Assembly (NCBI RefSeq): GCF_006345805.1
Contig: NC_043002.1
Location: 110,174,001-110,238,000 of the forward strand
Origin: Octopus sinensis
Taxonomy: Eukaryota
Length of the DNA: 64,000 nt
Direction: 5' to 3'
Positions 1-12,192 of this stretch are shown here, piece by piece; position 1 is the stretch's first letter, and every line of letters starts with the position of its first letter. A program made the translations under genes and the position numbers. The notes below the pieces were generated by a model that did no database searches, was not told the origin of the DNA, and saw nothing but the letters and a program-made list of their open reading frames with translations.

Positions 1-248
1 ACCGCTAAGTGACGGGGACATAAACACACCAGCATCGGTTGTCAAGCAAACACAGACACACAAACACACACACATACATATATATACATATATACGACAG
101 GCTTCTTTCAGTTTCCGTCTACCAAATCCACTCACAAGGCATTGGTCGGCCCGGGGTTATAGCAGAAGACACTTGCCCAAGATGCCACGCAGTGGGACTG
201 AACCCGGAACCATGTGGTTGGTTAGCAAGCTACTTACCACACAGCCAC
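1..248 (-). mobile_element. tRNA-derived SINE family A (5' part, cut by window edge)
   Basis: Reverse complement of the family A body seen at 4541-4956 (GTGGCTGTGTGGTAAGTAGC...GGTTCAGTCCC...CTTGGGCAAGTGTCTTC). Confidence 0.9.
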
Positions 249-379
249 CACAATTTTTTTTATTAAAATACATTTGTTTTATTAAATAGCTAAATATACC
301 CTCAAATACTTCTCACACTTTGTATTGAACCAAAAATAATGAGAAGACTAATAAAAATGCCAAATTGTAAAACTTTGAT

Positions 380-700
380 ATGGTTGCTAGCTGATGAAAT
401 ATACTTGTATATGCAAAAACAGAAAATACTGAAGGGGATGATGGGTAACAAGGGATCTACTGATCTGCAAATTGGATAAGAATATAAGCAGAAAGTTTAG
501 AAAATCTTGAACACAAAACTAAACAAAAGGAAAATCCTTAATGGAATCGACACTTTGATAATACTAGGGATCACATAATCTGCAGCCTTTCATCGGTGGA
601 ATGAAAAATGAACTCAATGAAATGGATTAAGTTACTTCTATGGAGCAGTATTATTAGACTGCATTTGTCAAGAAAAAGGGATCCAGATGTCCATTTAAGA
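380..700 (+). mobile_element. Highly decayed R4/Dong-like LINE fragment (post-RT region)
   Basis: Broken translation resembles LN.K..I..I.T.....V..S....W...EL..MD of R4/Dong ORFs. Many stops and frameshifts. Confidence 0.35.
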
Positions 701-869
701 TAACATAGCAAACTTGGATATTATAGGACTACAGGTGTATGTTAAGAAAAATGGTAAGAAGCTTATATGTGCAATCAACATAAGTGATGATACATAGAGA
801 CAAAAATGGATTACAAACAATAGGAAAAAGAGGAAATAAATTTTTAAAAAACAGGGAATAATAATAGGT

Positions 870-1250
870 AAAAGCTTGGCTGTGTGGTAAGAACTTTGCT
901 CCTTAGCCACATAGTTCTGGGTTCAGTCCATAGCATGGTACATTGAGCAAATGTCTTCTGCTATGGCCTCAGGCTGACCAAATCCTTGTGAGTGGATTTG
1001 ATAGACAGAAGCTGAAAGAAGTCCATTGTATGTGTGTCTGTGTTTGTTCCCTTCACCTCCACTTGACAACCAGTGTTGGTGTGTTTATATCCCCGTAACT
1101 TGGTAGTTTGGCAAAAGAGTCTGACAGAGTAAATGCCAGGCTCAGAAAAAAATGTACTGGGATCTATTTGTTTGATTAAAATTCTTCAAGATAGTACTCC
1201 AGCATGGTCGCAGTCTGATGACTGAAACAAATAAAAGATAACATAAAAGA
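870..1250 (+). mobile_element. Older diverged SINE family A copy
   Basis: Colinear with family A (GGCTGTGTGGTAAG ... CCAGCATGG ... GACTGAAACAAATAAAAG) with many substitutions. Confidence 0.85.
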
Positions 1251-1531
1251 TAATAAATATTTGATTTTAGATACCCCTAAAGGGAAATTTTATCAACAAA
1301 TTGCTTGAATAAACTCTGTTATTCAAAATTTTCCTCTCAATTTATTACACATGTGAGGCCCTACTATGTGTACTTATACAGAATATACCACGGAAGTGCT
1401 TTTCCTCTGCCATATTGTTGATTTGCATCGTAAATGTCACTACATCCCCCCCCCCCCCCGCTCTCTGTTGGTTTCACTGCTTCACCAGTTGGCTGTAAAG
1501 ACTTGATTCACTCCAGTCTGCATTGTCTTTA

Positions 1532-1931
1532 TCTTTATATATAAAAGTGAAGTTGTGTGTCTGTCTCCTACGATTTAGATTCCTAACTACTCCCACATTT
1601 TGCGGTGCAGTTTAACCAAAACCGGGTATCTTATAGTTGTGATTCATATTGAGCCCTTCTGGGTATTAGCGCGCACCTACGATGAGTCTACGATTTAAAA
1701 AAAACTTTACCATCATTTTTTTCCATTTTAATACATTTTTTCGCTATTATATAAGGGAAGTAACTCTCTAAAAATGTCTACGATGAGTCAACGATTTAAA
1801 AAAAAATTTACCATAATTTTTTTTCCATTTTTAATGCATTTTTTTTGCTATTTTTTTGGCTATAACTCTCTAAAAATGCTTATATAGTTATTTCCCTTAC
1901 AAACCCGAGCAACGCCGGGCGATACTGCTAG
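1532..1931 (+). mobile_element. Non-autonomous Helitron (family H1)
   Basis: 5' TC (A|TCTTTATATATAAAAG), 3' CTAG|T, GC-rich subterminal hairpin CCCGAGCAACGCCGGG, inserted between A and T with no TSD. Other copies at 8770-9464 and 55394-55772. Confidence 0.9.
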
Positions 1932-4540
1932 TTTTCCATAAATTTTGATTAGCCAAAGCTTTAAAGTTACTTCCCTTACATGTTCTCTTTTTAGTTTTTA
2001 GGTTCTAAAAGGCTGTAGGGACTAAGAGTTATAGTAAATATGTGAGAGTCCACAAAAGGAAAACAAGGCACAAAGGCTGAGTGGTTAATGAAATTTGCTT
2101 TGCAATCTCAAAGCTTCAAGAAATTTTATTAATAAAGTTGTGAGAAAGGATTTCATTCCCCTTATATTCAAAAGTAAATTTAGTTGCAGCATAGGCAATG
2201 GAATATGTTCATAGGCAAAATCATACTTGTAGTTAACTCAAAAGCATTGTTATATTTTGTTGTATAAGTATTAGTGTGAATGGATATTGTATTGATTTAC
2301 AATTGTTTCAAGTACTCACTTGATTATATTATAGAGTAAGTGGTTGTACTCTTAATGTTCAGAGATGAGTTACGTTTTTCTTGGTTCAAATTCCATCCGA
2401 TGCTTTTTGTTAGGGATGAATTTTGTTTTCATTTACTAGGGTGAAATATTTTAATTTGGTAAGACTGCTGCATAGAATGTTATCAAATGATTTTCAACTC
2501 TAACAACCATCATTAGGTTCACATCACTAGTTTAACAAGTTGACAATAGAAGATATTATCTTCAACTGTTATTCTATTCTCTTCCAAACTGGCAAAACAA
2601 ATTTGCAGAGAGGTCTGTAAAGTATCAAGCAGAGTTCTCTACTATTGGGCTGTCAATATGTTCTTCAAGATTAATGTACTTGTCAATGAAGTTGCCCTTG
2701 ATCAACAGAAGAAGCCATCAGTACAAAATAAGATGATAAATAAGAACAGTGAAATGTGTGCAGTGAATAATGCAATAGCAAGATACCAACACATTGACTG
2801 TCGTTAATGAGATTATAACTAGGTTGACAAGAACATTTGTAGCTTCCTATTGTATTGCTACAGACCTGTTGGCAGCTTCCATTGTCTGATAAACATTCAT
2901 TAATATTTGAAATAACAAACAGGAGAAATTGTCAAACATAAGAAATAAATTTCATTGTCAAATGGTAAGAATATATAGTGATGGATGTTTTTCAAATGTA
3001 AGTTATTTCAAGATTTAACTCATTAAAGTTTGAGATTAAATTCTTCAATATTTAATAATTTTGTTGTTGATTGATTTTCAACTCAGACTGTAAAATTAGA
3101 CATGAAAAAGAAATTTTATTTTCTAAATTTTTTATCAATAGAATTATCTGAAATGACAGAATCAGGCCATTACCGTTATCTTTATCATTGTCATAACACC
3201 AGCATCACTACCACATTCATTACAACTGTAGCCAAAAAATACCACCACCAATACGACAGCTAAAATCATCTTCACCCTTATCTCTACTACACTTCTATAA
3301 CCATTTCTAAAGTAGCTGCTTTTTCAGACACTAGAGTCACCAGCATTCACTACCACAGTGAGTATATCAATATTGATTGTCATTACCTGTACAATAAGGA
3401 CTGCAGTCAATAGCACCACCCTCACCACCATGTCAAGGTGATGATAGCAATGATGGTTGTAACAGTGGTGCTGATGCTGATAGTGGTGGTGTTATCACAA
3501 CAATATAGCTACTACCTACCTCTACTGCCCCTCTTTAGGCTATTAACAGCAACTACTCACCCCTGCCACCACCGCCACTGCCACCACCACCACCGCCACT
3601 CCTCATTTGCTCTCTTGACCCCTGGCAATCTGTCAACTAAGCAATACTGAATACATTAAAGAATAGTGATGTATTTGTCCATTTACCAATCCCAAACAGG
3701 TTACACTGGTCACTCTGATTGTATTAGAGGGAAGCTGGCCAAATCTTATTTCATTCAGTGTATTTGAAAATTCCACCAGGCCCCATATATAAGGGATAAT
3801 GAACTTATAAACAATTGATTAAGTGCAGCCTAATGTATTTAATATATAATGAGGCTATACTAATACCCGTAAGGAGATGAAAAGCCTTTAGCATTAATGA
3901 TAATTCTTGTCAAAGAAGAGAGAGCTTCAAAGTTTATATTAATTAAAAAATTAAACTTCTGGGACATGCAGCGGGGAGTGAGTGTGGTTGTTATGGTGAT
4001 AAGTCTGGAGATGCCTCAGCAAAGTATAGTCTTATACATCATCATGATCATCATCATTATCAACAACAAAACTGCTGCCAATACTGTCATCACTGCTGTT
4101 ACCATTCACATTATCGTCATCATTATTGTTGTTTTTACAACCACTTTCCCATGCTGGCATAGAGTAGATCTTTTGAAGTAGTGTTTATTGCTTCAAAATA
4201 CCCTTCCTCACACTAAAAGAAGTTGCTTACTGATAAGCAGGGACATATTATTTTTCCTTAGGTAGTCATCATCATCATTTAATGTCCATTGTCCATGCTG
4301 GCATGGGTTGGATAGTTTGAGGATCTTTTCTGTTTGGTTGCCAGTGGCTCCAAAACTTAAAGTTTACCGAAAATTTTAAAGTTTGGCACAATAATACCCT
4401 TGCCCAAACTGAATTGCTGGAGTTATTTCATTTTTTCCAGAAAAATGTTTTTAAAGAGCTATAGAAGTTTAAAGTTTGATCATATACCCTACTGATCATA
4501 TTATGTATACTTGTAGTGACTTTACATAAGTAAGTCTCCT

Positions 4541-4713
4541 TAGGCGCAGGAGTGGCTGTGTGGTAAGTAGCTTGCTAACCAGCCACATGGTTCCGGGTTC
4601 AGTCCCACTGCATGGCATCTTGGGCAAGTGTCTTCTGCTATAGCCCCGGGCCGACCAATGCCTTGTGAGTGGATTTGGTAGACGGAAACTGAAAGAAGTC
4701 TGTCGTATATATG

Positions 4714-4744
<31 letters not shown>

Positions 4745-4956
4745 GTTTGTGTGTCTGTGTTTGTCCCTCTAGCATTGCTTGACATCTGATGCTGGTGTGT
4801 TTACATCCCCGTTACTTAGTGGTTCGGCAAAAGAGAACGATAGAATAAGTACTGGGCTTACAAAGATTAAGTCCGGGGTCGATTTGCTCAACTAAAGGCG
4901 GTGCTCCAGCATGGCCACAGTCAAATGACTGAAACAAGTAAAAGAGTAAAAGAGAG
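4541..4956 (+). mobile_element. tRNA-derived SINE family A, full length
   Basis: tRNA-like head with A/B boxes (TGGCTGTGTGG; GGTTCAGTCCC), CORE-like CTTGGGCAAGT block, internal (TA)/(TG) microsatellite, (TAAAAGAG)n tail. More than 15 copies in the window. Confidence 0.92.
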
Positions 4957-5429
4957 TTTTGACTAAATCCTATAGCCCCTAAAAACTATAAAAGCATACA
5001 TACACTAACACCTGTAACATTACAACTTATACAATCTCATGGTCTGAATACCTTTAACTACCCTCCCTATTTCCATATCTATTACCCATTCTTTTGGGGC
5101 TACCTTTATCTTTTCCCTGCCTCTAATTTTAACCCCCTTTATATGTAGGTTATATGTATTTTTTTTTATTTATATGTTGGTTATATGTATTTTTATTTTC
5201 TATAAATTCTTATTTTATTCTATTTTGATATCCTTACTTATTAACCTATTATCTCTTATAAATTGTTATTTTTCTTGTTCTTAAATTGATATTTTTCAGT
5301 TACTTAAGTCTAGAGATATTTATACTATATCCATATAAATGTATAAATATTTGTGTATGTGTATATATGCATATATGCACATATGTGTGTATGTGTATCT
5401 GTATGCATTTTTACACTTTTCTGATTCAT

Positions 5430-6378
5430 GGCTTAGAATTAATAGATAGCATATAAATCTTTCCAGTTATTCCATATGTAAATGCCTTGAGCAGTCTTTA
5501 TAGAAACCACCTAATAAGTAATTAATTAAGTGCACGAATGGATATTAAACTGATTCTATGTAATCTTCCTTTTTAATGTTCATAATTGAGATATGCATAC
5601 TTTTTACCTATTTTGGTTATGATATTTTTGAAATTCTTAAATTTTATTTTTATACAACATAACAGTATTGTTTATAAACATTGCCCCATAGTGCCCCTAA
5701 ATAAAATTTCCTCTATATTAGTATCTTAGGTTTCTTAGCATCTTGCCCCTTTAATTGGTAATTAGCATCATGATTTAGAGTCTACCCTACCCTGCCTCTT
5801 TTTATAGACAGTTACTTATATCCAACTGACTACTCCTAATGTCTTATTTCCTCCCTGGGGAAAAGGGATACATATGATAATATTTATGACCATACCTAGC
5901 CATAAGCTGTCAACTCACTCTTGTCCTTTATTCAAAATAGACACAGTCTTCTGGTCTTGGGTTTAGTAATTGATAAAGAGATAAATGAATTAGAAATGAA
6001 TCATAGCCTTTACAACCCAATGACCCCATTATGCTCCATGCAATTCTTAGAAGTTGTAGTCTATTCTTAGCTACAATAGCGACAGCTTGAATTTCTTCCA
6101 TCTTCTAGCTCTGTTAAAATATTTAAGAAAAATTATATTAATGTGTCCTACTTGTTAAAATTCCATTTATTTATTTGTTCAGCTGAAGACAGCACTGCAT
6201 TTAAATTGATGTAATGACTGCATTGTTCAATAAATGGAGCCGCTTGAAATGGTCATACTATATTACTACTTGATATCCTGTTGCTTAGTTTGATTCTATT
6301 CACCTTACTTTGAGTTGTGTGGATAATACCAGACTAACTTGTGCTTCAACTTAAGTACCTAATTCAATTGAATCTCAA

Positions 6379-6385
<7 letters not shown>
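5430..6385 (+). mobile_element. Possible very old Penelope-like 3' end / pseudo-LTR
   Basis: Weak, frameshifted resemblance to the PLE endonuclease C-terminus, a degenerate hammerhead-like core at 6183-6254, and an end at a (TA)n tract like the other PLE pieces. Confidence 0.3.
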
Positions 6386-6424
<39 letters not shown>

Positions 6425-6426
<2 letters not shown>

Positions 6427-7331
6427 TCTGGCAACAGCAATGTTCAACCCATTCATTCAATTATGTTACCCTAAATCTAAAAATTCCATCTCCTCGTGTT
6501 CTATCTTTGACTAGCCTAACTCTAGTCTCTATCTCTTTTCCTATCTTTCAGTTTCGTTAGCCACTTGCTTCTCCCAACACTTTACCTCCACTCACCCATC
6601 CCACCCTATATAAACTAGCTCATTCAGATTCCCCTATCTCATATTTTAATACCCCATCACACCAAGTAGAAACCAGAAGATATTCAAATAAGCGACCTTG
6701 TTTTCCAACCTAGCACGGTAACTCTCTTATATTTACGTATAAATTTGTATTGTCTCCCTGGTTTTTTATGTGCTAGGCCACTTGGTGTTAAACTGACGGT
6801 ATTATTAAATTAATATCTAATTTTTCACCCTCATTTATGAATTTATAAATTTAATATACTGCACTAAATATTATATGCAGTACTCATTTCCACTAAGTCT
6901 TACCATACTTTTTGGCGGGGAAGCTAAATCACAACTATGTATGCAATCGATTGGACCGCATGGGTATTTATCGCCCGTGTGGGTCCAATAAATTGTATTA
7001 AAACAAATGTTGCTGATGATTTATAGATAAATATGTGAGTATAATTGCATATTATGTTGATAAAGAAACAATTGTTCAGCATTAATTTATCTTTTTGTTG
7101 TATTTCGCTTTCCATATGTTGGAGGTAATGTTATTTCTTTTGTGGAAACAACTTTGGTGGCTATACCAGAATAAGGAGCTATTTCTAGCACTAGAGTTAA
7201 CCACTTAACGGTAACTCTCTTATATTTACGTATAAATTTGTATTGTCTCCCTGGTTTTTTATGTGCTAGACCACTTGGTGTTAAACTGATGGTATTATTA
7301 AATAATATCTAATTTTTCACCCTCATTTATG
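6425..7331 (+). mobile_element. Non-coding PLE pseudo-LTR / retrozyme-like element between two (TA)n tracts
   Basis: Near-identical 124-125 bp direct repeat (6715-6839, 7208-7331) flanking a hammerhead motif. Related sequence at 50385-50810. Confidence 0.7.
7006..7083 (+). ncRNA. Minimal type I hammerhead ribozyme
   Basis: CTGATGA 7013-7019, stem II TTTAT/ATAAA, GAAA 7065-7068, stem III AC-AATT-GT, cleavage triplet GTT (after 7076), stem I AATGTTG/CAGCATT (7 bp, one G-U). Confidence 0.85.
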
Positions 7332-7398
<67 letters not shown>

Positions 7399-7399
7399 C

Positions 7400-7649
7400 A
7401 TACATATACATACAATAGGGAGATGTTTTTGTTTCACTTTTAACATGTAATACTGAAATAGTGGAGAAGATATGATATTGCTGTGGGCTCGCCCTAGGCA
7501 AGAAGTTAAACATTTTTTTGCCTATGACACTACATGGACCCTAAGTAAGACATGTGTAAAATTTTAATGAAATTGGTTGTGTAGTTCTCAAGTTTTAGGG
7601 AAACACACAGACAGACAGACACACATTCTCAGTTTTATATATATAGAGA
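7400..7649 (-). mobile_element. Helitron 5' fragment (different family)
   Basis: Minus strand starts A|TCTCTATATATATAAAACTGAGAATGTGTGTCTGTCTG, like the other Helitron 5' ends. No 3' CTAG/hairpin found. Confidence 0.6.
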
Positions 7650-7820
7650 TATATATGACAGGCTTCTTTCAGTTTCCATATACCAAATGCACCCACAAGG
7701 CTTTGGCTGGTCTGAGGCTATGGTAGAAAATACATGCTCAAGGTACCATGTAGTGGGATTGAACCTGGAACCATGTGGTTGGGAAGCCAGATTCTTACCA
7801 CGCAGCCACATCTATGCCAA
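7650..7820 (-). mobile_element. SINE family A, 5' half, diverged
   Basis: Reverse complement of the family A head. Interrupted at its microsatellite by the Helitron fragment. Confidence 0.8.
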
Positions 7821-7990
7821 TATATATAAACACATACACACACGCATATATGTATAGTATATCTAACTATGTATGTATACACATACTAGTCATTACATAG
7901 CTTGAACTGAATAGTTAAAACCAGTAAAAGAAGACAAGTATATATTTATACATATATATACATATATATATACACATATATATACATATA

Positions 7991-8400
7991 TAGGCGCAGG
8001 AGTGGCTGTGTGGTAAGTAGCTTGCTAACCAACCACATGGTTCCGGGTTCAGTCCAACTGCGTGGCATCTCGGGCAAGTGTCTTCTGCCATAGCCTCGGG
8101 CCGACCAATGCCTTGTGAGTGGATTTGGTAGAAACTGAAAGAAGCCTGTTGTATATATGTATATATATATATATGTGTGTGTGTTGTGTGTGTCTGTGTT
8201 TGTCCCCTAGCATTGCTTGACAACCGATGCTGGTGTGTTTACATCCCCGTCACTTAGCGGTTCGGCAAAAGAGACCGATAGAATAAGTACTGGGCTTACA
8301 AAGAATAAGTCCCGGGGTCAATTTGCTCGACTAAAGGCGGTGTTCCAGCATGGCCGCAGTCAAATGACTGAAACAAGTAAAAGAGTAAAAAGAGAGAGTA
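7991..8400 (+). mobile_element. SINE family A, full length
   Basis: Near-identical to 4541-4956. Confidence 0.92.
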
Positions 8401-8769
8401 TACTCATATATGTACACCCCTCCCCCACAGATACACCTACTTACACATTCAAACAGACAATCTAATTTTTTCTCTTCCTATAAAATCTGAGACTGTGTGT
8501 CTGTGTGCATGATCTTATATTTTCCAATATTGTTTCACCTCACTCAACAGACAAGATATGGAAGTTTCAACACAGTCATATTGAATAATGAGAATATGCA
8601 CAGACTAAGCAAACTCTGAATAATATTGGTTTAAAATTTTAGCACAAGGCCAGAGAACTCTGAATAATATTGAACGAAATTAATAGTCCATCAACAGATT
8701 TTTGGGCAGTTGTTATCAAATTTCCTTTAAATATTGACTGTTGTAGCTATGTTGTGGTTTATATATCTA

Positions 8770-9464
8770 CTAGCAGTATCGCCCGGCGTTGCTCGGGTTT
8801 GTAAGGGAAATAACTATATAAGCATTTTTAGAGAGTTATTTCCCTTATATAATAGCAAAAAAATGCATTAAAATGGGAAAAAATGATGGTAATTTTTTTT
8901 TTTAATCGTAGACTCATCGTAGACGTGCGCTAATACCCAGAAGGCCTCGATATGAATCACGACTATAAGATACCCGGTTTTGGTTAAACTGCACCGCAAA
9001 ATGTGGGAGTAGTTAGGAATCTAAATCGAAGGGGACAGACACAAACTTCACTTTTATATATAACTAGCAGTATCGCCCGGTGTTGCTCGGGTTTGCAAGG
9101 GAAATAACTATATAAGCATTTTTAGAGAGTTATAGCCAAAAAATAGCAAAAAAATGCATTAAAAATGGAAAAAATATGATGGTAATTTTTTTTAAATCGT
9201 TGACTCATCGTAGACATTTTTAGAGAGTTACTTCCCTTATATAATAGCGAAAAAAATGCATTAAAATGGGAAAAAATGATGGTAACTTATTTTTAAAATC
9301 GTAGACTCATCGTAGATACACGCTAATACCCAGAAGGGCTCGATATGAATCACGACTATAAGATACCCGGTTTTGGTTAAACTGCACCGCAAAATGTGGG
9401 AGTAGTTAGGAATCTAAATCGTAGGAGACAGACAGACACACAACTTGACTTTTATATATAAAGA
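8770..9464 (-). mobile_element. Head-to-tail dimer of Helitron H1 (8770-9063 and 9064-9464)
   Basis: Two CTAG+hairpin 3' ends (8770, 9064), 5' TC at 9463-9464, outer flanks A/T. Confidence 0.9.
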
Positions 9465-9659
9465 TGCATTGCTATAATTTTGCAACAAAATATTATTGTC
9501 ATGCCAAAACAAATATCAAAACAAGCAAACAAAAACTGGTTTTAAGCTGACAAACATAAAAGAGACGCAATAAGAAGATCAAGGAGATCAAAGAGCTCTA
9601 GGTTTGAACTGCTGCTGATCCTTTACATGACTCAAATACTACCCAGCAGCAGGCCAGTG

Positions 9660-10240
9660 AGGGAGCCTGTAAGTGGTTTCTTGACCTACTGGAAATAGTA
9701 GACAAATCTTCCTCAAATTACATCATTTGAAATGGGAGAAACACTCTGGATAATATAGTCTTAGATGCACAAGGATAATCTATTTCTTCACTACCCACAA
9801 GGGGCTAAACACAGAGAGGACAAACAAGGACAGACAAAGGGTACTTATTTAATCGACCCCGAAAGATGAAATGCAAAGTCGACCTCGGTGGAATTTGAAC
9901 TCAGAACGTAACAGCAGACGAAATACCTATTTCTTTACTACCCACAAGGGGCTAACACAGAGAGGACAAACAAGGACAGACAAACGGATTAAGTCGATTA
10001 TATCGACCTCAGTGCGTAACTGGTACTTATTTAATTGACCCCAAAAGGACGAAAGGCAAAGTCGACCTCGGCGGAATTTGAACTCAGAACGTAGCGGCAG
10101 ACGAAATACCGCAAAGCATTTTGCCCAGCGTGCTAACGATTCTGCCAGCTCGCTGCCTAGATGCACAAGGATAATCATTACTAGAATGCCATAATTCATA
10201 AGATGTTCCTAGACAGGGCTGATCTAGGGCTAAACAATAA
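9660..10240 (+). repeat. Ancient dispersed repeat, split by a SINE
   Basis: Similar segments (GGTT.CTTGACCT.CT.GAAATAG..G.CAAATC..CCTCAAAT; GGGCTAAACAA) recur at about 24720-24800 (+) and 29985-30155, 58000-58190, 58590-58770 (-). Confidence 0.55.
9781..10157 (-). mobile_element. Nin/Deu-domain SINE (family D) with duplicated 3' half
   Basis: Contains GCCTTTCRTCCTTTYGGGGTC.AT.AA...GTACCAG (Nin/Deu domain). Exact 19-bp TSD TAGATGCACAAGGATAATC at 9762-9780 and 10158-10176. Confidence 0.88.
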
Positions 10241-10301
10241 TCTCACCCTTGCTACTGGAGAGGAAATAATATGTTGGACTCTCAACATAATGTAATAGCT
10301 T

Positions 10302-10548
10302 ACTCTTTTACTCTCTTTTACTTGTTTCAGTCATCTGTGTTTGTCCCCCTAGCATTGCTTGACAACCGATGCTGGTGTGTTTATGTCCCCGTCACTTAGC
10401 GGTTCAGCAAAAGAGACCGATAGAATAGGTACTGGGCTTACAAAGAATAAGTCCCGGGGTTGAGTTATTCGATTAAAGGCGGTGCTCCAGCATGGCCACA
10501 ATCAAATGACTGAAACAAGTAAAAGAGTAAAAGAGTAAAAGAGAGAGT
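10302..10548 (+). mobile_element. SINE family A 3' half preceded by an inverted copy of its own tail
   Basis: 10302-10334 is the reverse complement of ATGACTGAAACAAGTAAAAGAG...; 10335-10548 is the sense 3' half. Confidence 0.85.
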
Positions 10549-10552
10549 AATA

Positions 10553-10598
<46 letters not shown>

Positions 10599-10636
10599 TT
10601 GATGATGATGATGATGATGATAATAATAATATAATA

Positions 10637-10669
<33 letters not shown>

Positions 10670-10797
10670 TGATGATGATGATGATGATAATAATAATAAT
10701 AATATAATAATAAATAATAATAATGATGATGATGATAATAATAATAATAATAATAACAATAATAATGAGGATGATGATGATAATAATAATAATAATA

Positions 10798-10839
<42 letters not shown>

Positions 10840-10859
10840 TGATGATGATGATGATGATG

Positions 10860-10893
<34 letters not shown>

Positions 10894-10988
10894 TGATGAT
10901 GAGGATGATGATGATGATAATAATAATATATAATAATAATAATAATAATGATGATGATGAGGATGATGATGATGATGATAATAATATA

Positions 10989-11020
<32 letters not shown>

Positions 11021-11039
11021 AATAATAATAATAATAATA

Positions 11040-11107
<68 letters not shown>

Positions 11108-11132
11108 TATAATAATAATAATAATAATAATA

Positions 11133-11199
<67 letters not shown>

Positions 11200-11332
11200 T
11201 GATGATGATGATGATGATGATGAGATGATGATGATGATGATGATGATGATATAATAATAATAATAATGATGATGATGATGATGTGATGATGATGATGATG
11301 ATTGATGATGATGATGATAATAATAATAATAA

Positions 11333-11365
<33 letters not shown>

Positions 11366-11386
11366 AATATAATAATAATAATAATA

Positions 11387-11424
<38 letters not shown>

Positions 11425-11487
11425 AATAATAATAATAATAATAATAATAATATAATAATATAATAATAATGATGATGATGATGATGA

Positions 11488-11539
<52 letters not shown>

Positions 11540-11663
11540 TGATGATGATGATGATAATGATGATGATGATGAATAATAATAATAATAATAATAATAATAT
11601 AATGATGATGATGATGATAATAATAATGATAATAATATAATAATAATAATAATGATGATGATG

Positions 11664-11715
<52 letters not shown>

Positions 11716-11729
11716 TGATGATGATGATG

Positions 11730-11764
<35 letters not shown>

Positions 11765-11797
11765 TAATAATATATAATAATAATGATGATGATAATA

Positions 11798-11828
<31 letters not shown>

Positions 11829-11938
11829 TGATGATGATGATAATAATAGTAATAATAATATAATAATAATAATAATGAATGATGATGATATAATAATAAT
11901 AATAATAATAATAATGATAATAATAATAATAATAATAA
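10549..11938. repeat. ~1.4-kb compound (TAA)n/(TGA)n microsatellite
   Basis: Directly visible alternating TAA and TGA blocks. Source of the spurious 491-aa homopolymer ORF. Confidence 0.98.
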
Positions 11939-11959
11939 GTTGATTCACTATTGCTTTTT

Positions 11960-12165
11960 TTTTATGGCCTCATTCCCTTAACAATGTTGTTGAATGACAT
12001 AAGACAGGGGTGTAGAATATTTGACAGATCAATCAATCAGCTCCTTTACATGGATGATCCAAAGTTTTTTGTGAAAGATGATCAATAACTTGAACAACTT
12101 TTAACTTTTATAGTGAAACAACTTGGTGATAATATTGAAATCAATCTGGCCTTGATAAATATTAT
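11960..12165 (+). mobile_element. R4/Dong-clade RT fragment
   Basis: Translates LIPLTMLLN...SINQLLYMDD.KFF...DNI...GLDK, the INHLLYMDDLK-type motif of R4/Dong. Confidence 0.65.
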
Positions 12166-12192
12166 AACATCAGTATCAGTATTGTCAGCTTC

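Noticed and set aside
39-266. Recurrent small ORFs (EDTCPRCHAVGLNPEPCGW; MVVIPAVLFHHNF) looking like a peptide family
   Set aside because: They are frames of SINE families A and B.
6183-6254. Fifth hammerhead (CTGAAGA...GAAATGGTC)
   Set aside because: Stems I and III do not pair convincingly. Kept only as a degenerate remnant.
10473-11948. 491-aa ORF, the longest in the track
   Set aside because: Translation of the TAA/TGA microsatellite (poly-I/L/Y/H/S). Not a gene.
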